Shown piece by piece: positions 50,755-62,198 of a DNA stretch of 64,000 nt. Position numbers and translations under genes: made by a program. The notes below the pieces were generated by a model, which did not search any database, was not told where the DNA came from, and saw only the letters and a list, made by a program, of their open reading frames with translations. Source of the DNA: Bacteroidota bacterium (lineage in GTDB: Bacteria; Bacteroidota; Bacteroidia; Sphingobacteriales; Sphingobacteriaceae). Each line of letters opens with the position of its first letter. Positions within the stretch are counted from its first letter, which is position 1. The stretch lies in contig JABDAU010000002.1 of assembly GCA_013289045.1 (NCBI GenBank), positions 28,493-92,492 on the forward strand, given 5' to 3'.

Positions 50755-51990
50755 TCAAAAAACTTCAGCTGCTTCTTTTCGTGCCGTAGCTAAGCTGACC
50801 CCTGTTAGCTGATCGGCAAAGGCGATGAACGCCCTTTGATCAAATATACGCTGTTGATTATCGATCAGATTTTGCAGATTTATTTTTCCGATAATAAATT
50901 TATAGCTGTCGGAATAATAGCGCTCATGGATGTGCTCAAATTGCAGGGCCTCTAACAAATCGTCATCCTCGTAACGCAAATAAACATTCAGCTCAATGTT
51001 ATTGGTAAAATGAAGGTCTTTTTTTGATTTTGCCTTTTTGTACTCGTAAGCGTAATTGTAGCGCAAAGCCGCGATATCAGACAAAACCGCCGAACCCGTA
51101 GGATGGCCGCCCGCTCCCTTGCCAAAAAAGAATTGCTGATCGGCAAAAGCAGCCTGTACAGTTACGCCGTTGTATTCATATTCAACGTTGTACAAAAACT
51201 CGTCCTGGTTAACAAATTTTGGTAACACGAACATGGCCACATGGCGATCATCCAGCTCTTTGGCAACCGGCACCAGCTTTATTTTCAAACCTTTTTCGCG
51301 TGCGTACTGTAAGTCGCTTGCGGCCAGGTTTTGTATACCGATGTTAATGACGTCTTCCGGCTTTACGATTACGCCATATGCATGCGCAGCGGCAATGATC
51401 AGCTTGTATTTAGCGTCGAAGCCGCCAACGTCGCTGGTTGGATCAGTTTCGGCGAAACCTAATTCCTGTGCCTGGAGCAATGCAGTATCGTAATCAAGGT
51501 TCTCTAAAAAGCCTTTTGAAAGAACATAGTTTGACGAGCCATTGAATATACCGCTGATTGAATGCAGCAACTCGTTATCATAATATTCTTCCAAATTGCG
51601 AATGATTGGAATACTGCCGCAAACCGATCCCTCGTACAATAAGGAAGTACCGTATTTATTCTGCAATTCGATCAGCTCATCCAGATAGGTAGCGATCATC
51701 TTTTTACTGGCAGAAACCACGTTTTTACCAGTGCTCAATGCCCGCGACACGATCTCAAACGCCGCTTCGGTATCATTAATAAGCTCAACAATGGTGTTGA
51801 TCTCCGGATTGTTCAATATTTCATCGCGATCAGTCGTAAAGATCTCAGCCGGAAGCGACCGTTTCTTTTCCGGGTTTTTTATCGCTATTTTCTTTATCTC
51901 AAGGTTGAGGTTTTTGGTTTTAATAATGTCGTACAATCCCTGTCCGACTACGCCAAAACCAAATAAACCTATGTTTAACTTTTTGCTCAT
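50755..51990 (-). CDS. hom: Homoserine dehydrogenase
   Basis: GFGVVG, YEGSVCGSIP, GFAETDPTSDVGG, GKGAGG. Confidence 0.93.
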   Translation of the reverse strand: MSKKLNIGLFGFGVVGQGLYDIIKTKNLNLEIKKIAIKNPEKKRSLPAEIFTTDRDEILNNPEINTIVELINDTEAAFEIVSRALSTGKNVVSASKKMIATYLDELIELQNKYGTSLLYEGSVCGSIPIIRNLEEYYDNELLHSISGIFNGSSNYVLSKGFLENLDYDTALLQAQELGFAETDPTSDVGGFDAKYKLIIAAAHAYGVIVKPEDVINIGIQNLAASDLQYAREKGLKIKLVPVAKELDDRHVAMFVLPKFVNQDEFLYNVEYEYNGVTVQAAFADQQFFFGKGAGGHPTGSAVLSDIAALRYNYAYEYKKAKSKKDLHFTNNIELNVYLRYEDDDLLEALQFEHIHERYYSDSYKFIIGKINLQNLIDNQQRIFDQRAFIAFADQLTGVSLATARKEAAEVF

Positions 51991-53042
51991 GCTGTTCTTT
52001 GCAGTTCTATGATCTTTCCCTTAACGTCAGTTTTAAAGAAAGAAGTGATAATATTTGTGAGTGCCTGTGTTTCAATTAAAAATCCGTCATGCCCATAAAA
52101 CGAGTCGAACTCGGAAAAGGCTGCCTTGGGTATGTGCCTGAATAAATATTGCTGCTCCTCAACCGGGAACAACACATCAGATTTAATGCCAATTACCAAT
52201 GTGCTCGCCTTGATCTTGCTCAGCGCTTTTTCAACCCCATGGCGGTCGCGACCAACGTTATGCGAATCCATCGCCTTGCTTAAATACCAGTAACTGTAAG
52301 CGTTAAAGCGTTTTACCAGCTTTTCGCCCTGGTAATTCTGGTAGGAGGATGCGCGGTGATCGTCGCTGATATCGTCATCATCATCCTGCTGGCTAACCGT
52401 GTAAGTTTTATAACCGCGATAGGATAGGAGCGCTATACTTCGCGCAGCTTTCAACCCTTTTTGTCCGCCATCCGGCGAATTGGAATAAAATGTACGGTCG
52501 GTGCTTAATGCTAAACGCTGCGATTCGTTAAACGCAATACCCCACGGCGAATGACGCGCGTTAGTCGCGATAAGAATGAGGTTTTTGATACGCTCAGGTT
52601 CGATGATCGCCCATTCTACAGCCTGCTGGCCGCCTAATGATCCCCCGATAAGGATTTGAATATCATTAATGCCTAATTCATCAGCAAGAAGTTGGTGCGC
52701 ATGCACAATATCCCTTACATTATATTGCGGATATGCCAGGTAATACGGTTGCCCGGTTATTGGGTTAATGCTCAATGGATTGGTTGTGCCATATGGCGAG
52801 CCTAAAATATTGGCACAAACAATAAAATATTCGTCAGGGTTGAAGTAGTCGTTTTCGCCAAACAGGCCCTTCCACCAGTCCATAACATCCGAGTTTGCGG
52901 TGAGGGCGTGGCATACCCATACCACATTATCCCGGGTTTTATTCAAAGTTCCATAAGTGTGGTAGCCTATCTCAAGCTGCCTTAATTTTTGGCCGGATTC
53001 TAATTCGAAAGCGCCGGTAGATCTAAAAACTTGCGTACTCAT
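51987..53042 (-). CDS. metX: Homoserine O-acetyltransferase
   Basis: CHALTA, GGSLGG, DVLFP, GHDGFL. Confidence 0.95.
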   Translation of the reverse strand: MSTQVFRSTGAFELESGQKLRQLEIGYHTYGTLNKTRDNVVWVCHALTANSDVMDWWKGLFGENDYFNPDEYFIVCANILGSPYGTTNPLSINPITGQPYYLAYPQYNVRDIVHAHQLLADELGINDIQILIGGSLGGQQAVEWAIIEPERIKNLILIATNARHSPWGIAFNESQRLALSTDRTFYSNSPDGGQKGLKAARSIALLSYRGYKTYTVSQQDDDDDISDDHRASSYQNYQGEKLVKRFNAYSYWYLSKAMDSHNVGRDRHGVEKALSKIKASTLVIGIKSDVLFPVEEQQYLFRHIPKAAFSEFDSFYGHDGFLIETQALTNIITSFFKTDVKGKIIELQRTA

Positions 53043-53137
53043 TTTTGCGTTTTGTCGTCGCAGCTGCAGCCACTTTTAGGAGTAGCTGCAAACCGTAACG
53101 GCACTATTATCACTAAACTAAAAAAACTAACATTTAA

Positions 53138-54559
<1,422 letters not shown>

Positions 54560-54592
54560 TCAGAAAAAGAAAGGGAATAGCGTGTTTCTGTC

Positions 54593-54709
54593 TTAACAAC
54601 AGCAGCAACACATACAAATACAGTTATTGGAGTAACTGTGTGCAACAAATGACGAACCTCTTAGAGGCTGTTCAGGATGGTTTTGGAAAATACTTTTTAA
54701 ACTTTTCAT
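54593..54709 (-). CDS. Putative Cys/Met-rich leader peptide (38 aa)
   Basis: Manual translation MKSLKSIFQNHPEQPLRGSSFVAHSYSNNCICMCCCCC*; lies between riboswitch and metY. Confidence 0.7.
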   Translation of the reverse strand: MKSLKSIFQNHPEQPLRGSSFVAHSYSNNCICMCCCCC

Positions 54710-54719
54710 GGTTTTAAAA

Positions 54720-54826
54720 TTTATAGTCCCCGGGATATTTACCGGGACAGGAATTGGCACCTTCTCTGTCCTTCAGAGGGTTGCCAGCGGGTCAGTGAGC
54801 CTGATCTCTCGCCGCTTCTTTATAAA
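54720..54826 (-). ncRNA. SAM-I (S-box) class riboswitch
   Basis: Minus strand TTATA-AAGAAGCGG-CGAGAGA-TCAGGCTC-ACTGA-CCCGC-TGGCAACC...GGTGCCAATTCC...TATAA upstream of metY-metX-hom; -7 promoter TATATTTG at 54881-54888. Confidence 0.92.
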
Positions 54827-55083
54827 TCAAAACCTTTGTGAGAGGTAATGATCGATTGGTATCGCGACCAAATAATGTTGCAAATATAGCGTGGTGAGAA
54901 ATGATTTTCCAAATTTTATTTTTCTTTTTGGGCGGAAGGTAAAAGGCAAGAGTTAAAAGGCGAAGGGTAAAAGGTAAAATCAAGCCCGAACTTGTCGCAA
55001 ATTGCCTGTAAAAATGTCCGGTTTGCACCTGTCGGAATAATAAGTTTAATTATAAATTTATTCTGTTAAAATATATCAGCCAT

Positions 55084-55602
55084 ATGTCCACAAAGAAAAT
55101 ATTACTGGCGCAATTTGATTTTCATAACGCTTTGTTTCATAACGTATTATCGGATATTACTGAAGAGGAAGCGAATACCGGTATTGCCGGCATGAATACC
55201 ATCAAGTGGCTTGCCGGGCATACCTTGTGGGATTTAGGCAGCTACGCAAATATTTGCGGGGTAAAGATCGTGTTTCCATGGTTCGGGCATTTTTATTCAA
55301 AGGAAGCGGCCACGCCGGAAGACCTTGCCGGACCTACGACTCCGTTACCAACCATCCAGATGATCATAGCGAATTGGGATGAAACCGTGCCGGTATTAAG
55401 GCAAGGTTTAGAAAAACTGACTGATGCTGAACTTGATCAGATAGTAAACGTTCCTCATCCATTATCTTCATTTAACAACACCCTTGCTGGCTGGTGGGCT
55501 TATACCAATGACCATCATGCTTATAATATCGGGCAGATAAGCGTTTTGCGGAAAGCATTTGGAAAAAGCGGGATGAGCTATTCGATAAAGGTGAAGGGCT
55601 AA
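55084..55602 (+). CDS. DinB/DUF664 family protein
   Basis: NTIKWLAGH...HHAYNIGQI four-helix DinB pattern. Confidence 0.85.
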   Translation: MSTKKILLAQFDFHNALFHNVLSDITEEEANTGIAGMNTIKWLAGHTLWDLGSYANICGVKIVFPWFGHFYSKEAATPEDLAGPTTPLPTIQMIIANWDETVPVLRQGLEKLTDAELDQIVNVPHPLSSFNNTLAGWWAYTNDHHAYNIGQISVLRKAFGKSGMSYSIKVKG

Positions 55603-55633
55603 AACCATAGACAACAATAAAAAATAAAACTAT

Positions 55634-56203
55634 ATGAGAAAAATAATTTCATTTATGCACATTTCGCTTGACGGTTTTGTAGCAGGCCCGAACGGAGAAA
55701 TGAACTGGATTAAAGTTGATGAAGAAATTTTTGATCACATCGGAAAGCGGATAAGCGAAACCAACGCTGCATTATATGGACGGGTAACTTATGAGATGAT
55801 GGAAGGATACTGGCCCACCGCAGGAGATGAACCGGATGCGAGCAAGCACGACATTGAACATTCAAAGTGGTATAAAAAGGCGCACAAGATTGTTTTATCA
55901 AAAACAATGAACGAAGCGGGTTTGACCAACACAACAATTATTAACGATAATGTTGCTGACAAGATAAATGAAATAAAACAACAGGAAGGTCCGGAAATAC
56001 TGCTTTTTGGCAGCCCTACAGCAACACACTCGCTTATTCAGCAGAATTTAATTGATGGCTACTGGCTATTTGTTAATCCAGTTGTTCTTGGGCAAGGCAT
56101 TCCATTATTCGTCGATATCAAAGACAAAATAAAGCTAAAATTATTGACTACCCGGCAATTTACTTCCGGTGTAACTGAGCTTAGTTACGTAGTGGACAAA
56201 TAA
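55634..56203 (+). CDS. Dihydrofolate reductase-like (RibD C-terminal) protein
   Basis: ISLDGFVAGP, GRVTYE, PVVLGQGIPLF. Confidence 0.92.
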   Translation: MRKIISFMHISLDGFVAGPNGEMNWIKVDEEIFDHIGKRISETNAALYGRVTYEMMEGYWPTAGDEPDASKHDIEHSKWYKKAHKIVLSKTMNEAGLTNTTIINDNVADKINEIKQQEGPEILLFGSPTATHSLIQQNLIDGYWLFVNPVVLGQGIPLFVDIKDKIKLKLLTTRQFTSGVTELSYVVDK

Positions 56204-56225
56204 TAACGAACCACTGTTCCAATAT

Positions 56226-56259
56226 AAAAATGTCCAGTTAAACATAACTGGACATTTTT
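56226..56259. terminator. Bidirectional intrinsic terminator
   Basis: AAAAATGTCCAGTTA-AACA-TAACTGGACATTTTT. Confidence 0.85.
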
Positions 56260-56288
56260 AATAATGCCTGAAGGTTTAATTCATTTCA

Positions 56289-57020
56289 TTATGCTAACAC
56301 ACCGCCGCCGTCAACCACAACACACTGCCCTGTGCTATAAGTTTGTTTAATAAGATACAGGTAAGTTTGCGCGATCTCTTCAGGCGATGCTACATGTTTT
56401 ACCGGCAGGCTTTCTCCGGCACTTTTGAACATCGCTTCGCGGTCTGCCTCGGGAATATTTCCCCAAAGATCGGTCTTTACAAAGCCGGGCATTACGCAGT
56501 TTACACGCAAAGGCGCCAGTTCAACGGCTAATGCGCGGGTTAGGCCTTCCATCATAGTGCAAATGCTCGCAGCTATTACCCAGCCTTTCATTGGGCGAAA
56601 GCCGCCCGAACCGCTGGTAAGTGTTACCGATCCGCCGGCATTTATTTTTGCTGAACCATGTTTTACAGCAGCAAGCGCGCTCCAGTAACGCAGGTTAAAA
56701 AATTGACGGGATTTGTCAAGATCAATTTTGTCCAAATCTGACACTACCAGGTTTTCACCTGCGGTATAAACAAGATGATCGAATTGACCGATTTTGTCAA
56801 AAAAGTTTTTGATATTTTCTTCGCTGCTCAAATCAACAGCAAATCCCTTACTTCCCTGCGGTAATTGCTCCAAAGCGCTATTTATCCGCTGCTGATTGCT
56901 TGATGCAATAATTACCGATGCGCCTTCAGTTGCTGCCGCTTTTGCAGTTGCCAGGCCAATACCGGCGCTTCCGCCTAATACCACAACCGTTTTGTTTGCC
57001 AATGTTTTAATGTCATTCAT
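56289..57020 (-). CDS. SDR family oxidoreductase (atypical; lacks canonical YxxxK)
   Basis: GGSAGIG Rossmann motif, RALAVELAPLRVNCVMPG. Confidence 0.9.
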   Translation of the reverse strand: MNDIKTLANKTVVVLGGSAGIGLATAKAAATEGASVIIASSNQQRINSALEQLPQGSKGFAVDLSSEENIKNFFDKIGQFDHLVYTAGENLVVSDLDKIDLDKSRQFFNLRYWSALAAVKHGSAKINAGGSVTLTSGSGGFRPMKGWVIAASICTMMEGLTRALAVELAPLRVNCVMPGFVKTDLWGNIPEADREAMFKSAGESLPVKHVASPEEIAQTYLYLIKQTYSTGQCVVVDGGGVLA

Positions 57021-57144
57021 GATGATAAATTTTATGGCACAAAGTTGCAGCAGCGAATTATGTATCCACTGAACAAATGGTAAAAAAGGACCGCTGATTT
57101 TTTGATGAAATGATTTCGCTGATTAAACGAAAATAATCTTTCGA

Positions 57145-57232
57145 TTTAACCACAGAGAATTCAGAGAGAAAAAAACACAGCGTAAAAACCTCTGTGTTCT
57201 CTGTGTAAATCTCAGTGTGCTCTGTGGTTAAA
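57145..57232. repeat. TTTAACCACAGAG inverted-repeat element
   Basis: 13-bp perfect terminal IR with internal CACAG/CTCTGTG units. Confidence 0.75.
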
Positions 57233-57258
57233 AAATGTGGCGATGTTAATCACCCGTT

Positions 57259-57831
57259 TTATTTTATTGCCCTGCGGATACGGCTTAGCGATTGCGGCGT
57301 AATTTCCAGGTAGGAGGCGATATCATTGAGCGAAACCCGGTTAGCAACATTCGGCTGTTGTTGTAAAAAATGTTTATATCGGGTGGTGGCATCTTCACCC
57401 AAATAGGTCGACATAATGGCGATCTTTTTGAGCAGCGCCTGATGCATAATGCCATTCAGCAGCGTTTTAAAATAGGGGACTTCGTTGTCAATGTTATCCA
57501 ATATTCTATGAGTGAAAACGATCATTTCTGCATCACATGCTGCAATAATGGATTCGGTAGCCGGCGTATTATTTTGAAAACTGTACAGGATGGTGCATAA
57601 GCGATTTTCGGGAATAAAAAACCGGATAACCGTATCGCTTTTGCTGTTCACACCGATGATCTTCAGAATCCCGCTGGTAATAAAATAAATTTCGCGGGCG
57701 TATTGGCCGGCTTCTATCAGCACTTCGCCTTCTTTTACCTGCCGGGTTTGAAGATGCCGGCTGATCTTTTTGGCATCTTCAGGCGGAATAGGCCGGGTTT
57801 CTTCTAAAAAATCAATAAATGGATTGTACAT
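57259..57831 (-). CDS. Crp/Fnr family transcriptional regulator
   Basis: cNMP-binding domain and IASYLEITPQSLSRIR HTH. Confidence 0.93.
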   Translation of the reverse strand: MYNPFIDFLEETRPIPPEDAKKISRHLQTRQVKEGEVLIEAGQYAREIYFITSGILKIIGVNSKSDTVIRFFIPENRLCTILYSFQNNTPATESIIAACDAEMIVFTHRILDNIDNEVPYFKTLLNGIMHQALLKKIAIMSTYLGEDATTRYKHFLQQQPNVANRVSLNDIASYLEITPQSLSRIRRAIK

Positions 57832-57861
57832 AGATGAAAGTAAAATACTAATCTCCAATCT

Positions 57862-58977
57862 CTACCGCATAGCCTGCTCCATATCAGCGATCAGGTCATC
57901 GATATGCTCCAAACCGACAGATATGCGCAGCAGGTTAAGCGGCGTTTTAGTATCCGGGCCTTCAACTGAGGCACGGTGTTCTATCAAACTTTCCACGCCG
58001 CCTAAACTGGTTGCCTGGGTGAATATCTTTAAACTGTTGACCACTTTTTTCGCCTCTGTTTCACCGCCCTTAAAGCAAACCGAAAGCATTCCGCCAAAGC
58101 CCTTCATTTGCTGTTTAGCTATAGCGTGACCAGGATGGTCCGGCAAACCGGGATAAAGCACTTTTTCTACCGATGGCTGCTTTTGCAACCATTCGGCCAA
58201 TAGCTGTGCATTTTTAACATGCCCTGCCACCCGGTAGGGCAAAGTTTTAATACTGCGGGCAAGGTAATAGCAATCCATAGGCGAAGGAATAGCGCCGCCC
58301 TGTTCCTGTACCTGGCGGATCTTTGTCCACCATTCATCTTTTACAGGCGTAACGAGCGCGCCACCGGTAAGGTCGCTATGGCCGCCGAAATATTTGGTTG
58401 AGGAATGCATTACAATGTCTGCGCCTAAAGCCAATGGCTGCTGCAGCACAGGCGTAGCGAAAGTATTATCGCAGGCAACTTTTATATTGTGCGCTTTTGC
58501 AGTTAAAATGACTTTTTTAATGTCGGTTACCTTTAACAGCGGGTTAGATGGGGTTTCTATCCATATCAATCCCGTATTTGGTTTGATATGTTTTTGGAGC
58601 AGGTCGTTATTGTCAATATCAATAAAATCAAATTCCAAAATTCCTGCGAACAGGTTTTTAAGCTGGTTGCGCAGACCATGGTACATATCGTCAGGCAAAA
58701 TAATATGTGTGCCGGGTTTCAATGATTGAAATACAGCCATGCCCGCAGCGTTGCCTGATGAAAACGCAGCAGCATCAATACCGCCTTCCAGTTTGGCCAG
58801 TACATTTTCCAGTTGGCTACGGTTAGGATTTGCCGCCCGGCCATAAATATAACCTGCCGGAAAGCTGCCATCTGTAGCACGCTCGAACGTGGTTGAAAGT
58901 GTGATCGGTTGTATTACGGCGCCGGTTGCTTCATCAGTTTTATTGCCGGCGTGGATAGCGATGGTTTCAATTTTCAT
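57862..58977 (-). CDS. Cystathionine gamma-synthase/lyase family PLP enzyme
   Basis: YGRAANP, IETPSNP, DNTFATP, HSSTKYFGGH, SLGGVESL. Confidence 0.93.
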   Translation of the reverse strand: MKIETIAIHAGNKTDEATGAVIQPITLSTTFERATDGSFPAGYIYGRAANPNRSQLENVLAKLEGGIDAAAFSSGNAAGMAVFQSLKPGTHIILPDDMYHGLRNQLKNLFAGILEFDFIDIDNNDLLQKHIKPNTGLIWIETPSNPLLKVTDIKKVILTAKAHNIKVACDNTFATPVLQQPLALGADIVMHSSTKYFGGHSDLTGGALVTPVKDEWWTKIRQVQEQGGAIPSPMDCYYLARSIKTLPYRVAGHVKNAQLLAEWLQKQPSVEKVLYPGLPDHPGHAIAKQQMKGFGGMLSVCFKGGETEAKKVVNSLKIFTQATSLGGVESLIEHRASVEGPDTKTPLNLLRISVGLEHIDDLIADMEQAMR

Positions 58978-59103
58978 AGAAAATGTTTAGTAACGCCGGT
59001 AAAATTACAGATTGCCCGCATATTTCACTACAGGCTACCTATCTTCTTTTATTCCCGGTAAAACAATCACATTTTAATTTACCTTTAAAACTTATTTTAA
59101 ATT

Positions 59104-61644
59104 GTGTCAAAAAATACCAATACATCTTCCGAACAGCTTTTTCAACCCCAATTTGCGGTGGCTGCCATTGGAGCTTCTGCCGGCGGACTGGAGGCCATTA
59201 AGCTTTTCCTCCAGGCGCTTCCCTCAAAATCGGGCATAGCCTATATATTCGTACAGCACCTTAGCCCGACACATGTGAGCATACTACCCGAGTTATTGGA
59301 AAAAGTGTCTTCCATACCTGTGGTCACGATTACCGACGGTATTAAAATTCAGCCGGATCATTTTTATGTCAGTCCGGAAAATGTGGTTGTAAAAGTTGTA
59401 AATGATACGCTCAGGGTAGAATTACTTCAAAAAAAGCAACCTAAATCAAATTCTATAGATGTGCTGTTTACCTCGCTGGGGTTGGTTTACGAAAGTTACG
59501 CCGCGGGTATTGTGCTTTCAGGCGCAATGAGCGATGGTACGATGGGTTTGCAAACGATTAAATCTTATGGCGGTATCACTTTTGCACAGGATGAGGCTTC
59601 GGCAGCATTTGATGGAATGCCCAGGAGCGCCTTCGAAAGCGGCGTGGTGGATTTTGTACTGCCGCCGGATGAGATCGCCAGGCATCTGGTCACTATCAAT
59701 CATCCGTTCAAAGAAGCACCCGACTCGAAAAACGAAGACATCGATATTTTCAAACAGATCCTCACGGTATTGCGTGTTCGTCGCGGGGTTGATTTTCAAT
59801 ATTATAAATCCAATACGTTAAAGCGCCGCATCCTCCGCCGCATGGCGCTTAATAAGATCGATAAACCGTCAGACTATCTTTACCGCCTGCGTGAAAGTAA
59901 GCCTGAGCAGGATGCGCTTTACAATGATATGCTGATCTCGGTAACGCAATTCTTTCGCGATCCGCAGACTTTCAGCACGTTATGCAATGATATTTTTCCG
60001 GCATTGATCAGGCAAAAATCGGCCAATAACGAGCCTTTGCGTATTTGGATAGCCGGATGCGCAACAGGTGAAGAGGCTTATTCCATGGCCATTTGCCTGC
60101 AGGAATACCTCGGCGACAAAGCCTCGACCATGAAGATACAGATCTTTGCCACAGATATTTCGGAAACAGCCATCAGCAAGGCGCGGGCAGGGCTTTACCG
60201 GCAAAGCGACCTGGAAGGTTTGAGTCATTCGCGTGTATCACAATTTTTTAACAAGGTCGACGGGCATTTCCAGGTAAGCAAATCCATTCGCGATATGTGC
60301 GTATTTGCCAGCCATAATTTGCTCAAAGACCCGCCGTTTTCCCGAATCGACCTCGTCAGTTGCCGGAATGTATTGATTTACCTTGAGCCTGTATTGCAAA
60401 AACGCGCGCTCAACACTTTTCACTATGCGTTGAACGAATCGGGCTATTTGCTACTGGGAAAGTCAGAAAGCATTGCCGGCCTTACCGATATTTATAGTAC
60501 TTACAGGCCTGCAGAGAAAATATACCAGTGTAAGGGCCCTGTTGGGCGTTTTATGAATGTGGCCTCTACCAGCAAGGAGCAAAGTTTCCGGGATATTGAC
60601 CGGGGCAGCTCTGGCGACGATGCCAAACGCGATATTTATAAAGTGGCCGACGAGATAATGCTGGCCAAATTTGTGCCGCCGGGTGTGCTGGTAAATGATA
60701 AATTCGATATCATCCAGTTCCGTGGCGCTACCGATAACTGGCTGGGGCAGCCGCAGGGCAAACCCAGCTTTAATGTGTTAAAGATCGCCCGTAACGGCCT
60801 GGCCTTCGAGTTGCGTAACTTATTACAACAAGCAAAGAAGACCAACCAGCCTGCGCGCAAGTACGGTGTTTTTTACGAGCATAACGAGCTGCAGCATTTT
60901 TTAAACCTGGAGGTGGTCCCGGTAATTGAGCAGGATGAACAATACTTTTTGATCGTTTTCCAGGCGGCATCGTCTTCGGGTTTGCAAACTGCAATGTTTG
61001 AAGCGAACAGAAAGGTGGAAGATATTACCTATAATGAGTCGGAGATCCGAATTGAGCAATTGGAGCGGGAACTCATCCAGTCGCGGGCTGATATGCGCGT
61101 GGTAAGCGAAGAACAGGAAACGGCCAACGAAGAGCTGCAAAGCGCCAATGAGGAGCTGCTCTCCAGCAGCGAAGAGCTCCAAAGCTTAAATGAGGAGCTT
61201 GAAACCTCCCGCGAAGAATTGCAGAGCACCAACGAGGAGATCATCGTCATTAACAACGAACTGGTCGACCGTAATAATCAGTTGAATTCAGCCCGGCTTT
61301 ACTCAGAAAGCATTATCAATACCATCCGCGGCCCGCTGCTTATTTTGGATAAGCAGCTGCGTATCATGCGCGCCACCCGAAGCTTTTATAAAAAATTCCA
61401 AGTGACGGAGCAGGATACTGAGGCGCATTATATTTACGAAATAGGCAACCGGCAATGGGATATCCCGGAATTAAAAACGCTGTTGGAAAATATACTGCCC
61501 AGGCGCCAGGAAGTTAACGATTTCAAGGTAAGTTATGATTTTCCGTACATCGGGCATCGTACCATGCTGATCAATGCCTGCCAGTTAAAGGATCAGCAGG
61601 ATCAGATACTTTTGTCTATCGAAGATGTTACCGGTATTGAGTAA
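59104..61644 (+). CDS. CheB-CheR fusion with PAS and coiled-coil domains, no kinase domain
   Basis: GASAGG/QHL/DG CheB triad, AGCATGEEAYS and CRNVLIY CheR motifs, EELQSANEEL coil, terminal PAS. Confidence 0.92.
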   Translation: MSKNTNTSSEQLFQPQFAVAAIGASAGGLEAIKLFLQALPSKSGIAYIFVQHLSPTHVSILPELLEKVSSIPVVTITDGIKIQPDHFYVSPENVVVKVVNDTLRVELLQKKQPKSNSIDVLFTSLGLVYESYAAGIVLSGAMSDGTMGLQTIKSYGGITFAQDEASAAFDGMPRSAFESGVVDFVLPPDEIARHLVTINHPFKEAPDSKNEDIDIFKQILTVLRVRRGVDFQYYKSNTLKRRILRRMALNKIDKPSDYLYRLRESKPEQDALYNDMLISVTQFFRDPQTFSTLCNDIFPALIRQKSANNEPLRIWIAGCATGEEAYSMAICLQEYLGDKASTMKIQIFATDISETAISKARAGLYRQSDLEGLSHSRVSQFFNKVDGHFQVSKSIRDMCVFASHNLLKDPPFSRIDLVSCRNVLIYLEPVLQKRALNTFHYALNESGYLLLGKSESIAGLTDIYSTYRPAEKIYQCKGPVGRFMNVASTSKEQSFRDIDRGSSGDDAKRDIYKVADEIMLAKFVPPGVLVNDKFDIIQFRGATDNWLGQPQGKPSFNVLKIARNGLAFELRNLLQQAKKTNQPARKYGVFYEHNELQHFLNLEVVPVIEQDEQYFLIVFQAASSSGLQTAMFEANRKVEDITYNESEIRIEQLERELIQSRADMRVVSEEQETANEELQSANEELLSSSEELQSLNEELETSREELQSTNEEIIVINNELVDRNNQLNSARLYSESIINTIRGPLLILDKQLRIMRATRSFYKKFQVTEQDTEAHYIYEIGNRQWDIPELKTLLENILPRRQEVNDFKVSYDFPYIGHRTMLINACQLKDQQDQILLSIEDVTGIE

Positions 61645-61717
61645 TTATAAAAAAGACTGTACCCGTTAATACCGCTTTATTTGTATACCTTACAATGATT
61701 AATTAAAAACCAATATT

Positions 61718-62083
61718 ATGTCTGGTGTTAACAAAGTCATGCTTATCGGACACATGGGCAAAGATCCTGAGTTAAGGGTTTTAAATAATAATGTTTCAGT
61801 TGTGAGTTTTCCGCTGGCTACCACAGAATTTTTAAATAAAGGCGGCGTACGGACCGAACAAACCGAATGGCACAATATTGTAATGTGGAGGGGATTAGCG
61901 GAATCTGCCGCCAAATTACTGAAAAAAGGCCAGCTCATCTATATTGAAGGCAAATGCAAGACACGCGCATTTGAGGATAAAGATGGCGTGCACCGCTATA
62001 TAACCGAAGTGGTTGCTGAAATATTTACCTTATTGGGCAGGGCAAGCGATTTTGAAATGGCGGAGAGTCATCAGGGCGAATAA
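61718..62083 (+). CDS. ssb: Single-stranded DNA-binding protein (short, no acidic DDxPF tail)
   Basis: VNKVMLIG, TEWHNIV, KGQLIYIEG. Confidence 0.92.
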   Translation: MSGVNKVMLIGHMGKDPELRVLNNNVSVVSFPLATTEFLNKGGVRTEQTEWHNIVMWRGLAESAAKLLKKGQLIYIEGKCKTRAFEDKDGVHRYITEVVAEIFTLLGRASDFEMAESHQGE

Positions 62084-62198
62084 TGAGATTGTAAACCTAG
62101 GCTCGTTTCCGGAGTTCAAACTTTCCATGTTTAAACATCTATCAGATATTACGCCTCAATTACATTAACATTTGCTATTTTTGCGCAAAGATTTTTTA

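Noticed and set aside
53045-53135. Second riboswitch between metY and metX
   Set aside because: Only a simple hairpin (TGCAGCTAC/GTGGCTGCA) is visible; no recognisable SAM aptamer core.
54792-55028. 78-aa minus-strand ORF upstream of the riboswitch
   Set aside because: Spans the promoter, a heptamer repeat and the aptamer; no protein-like features.
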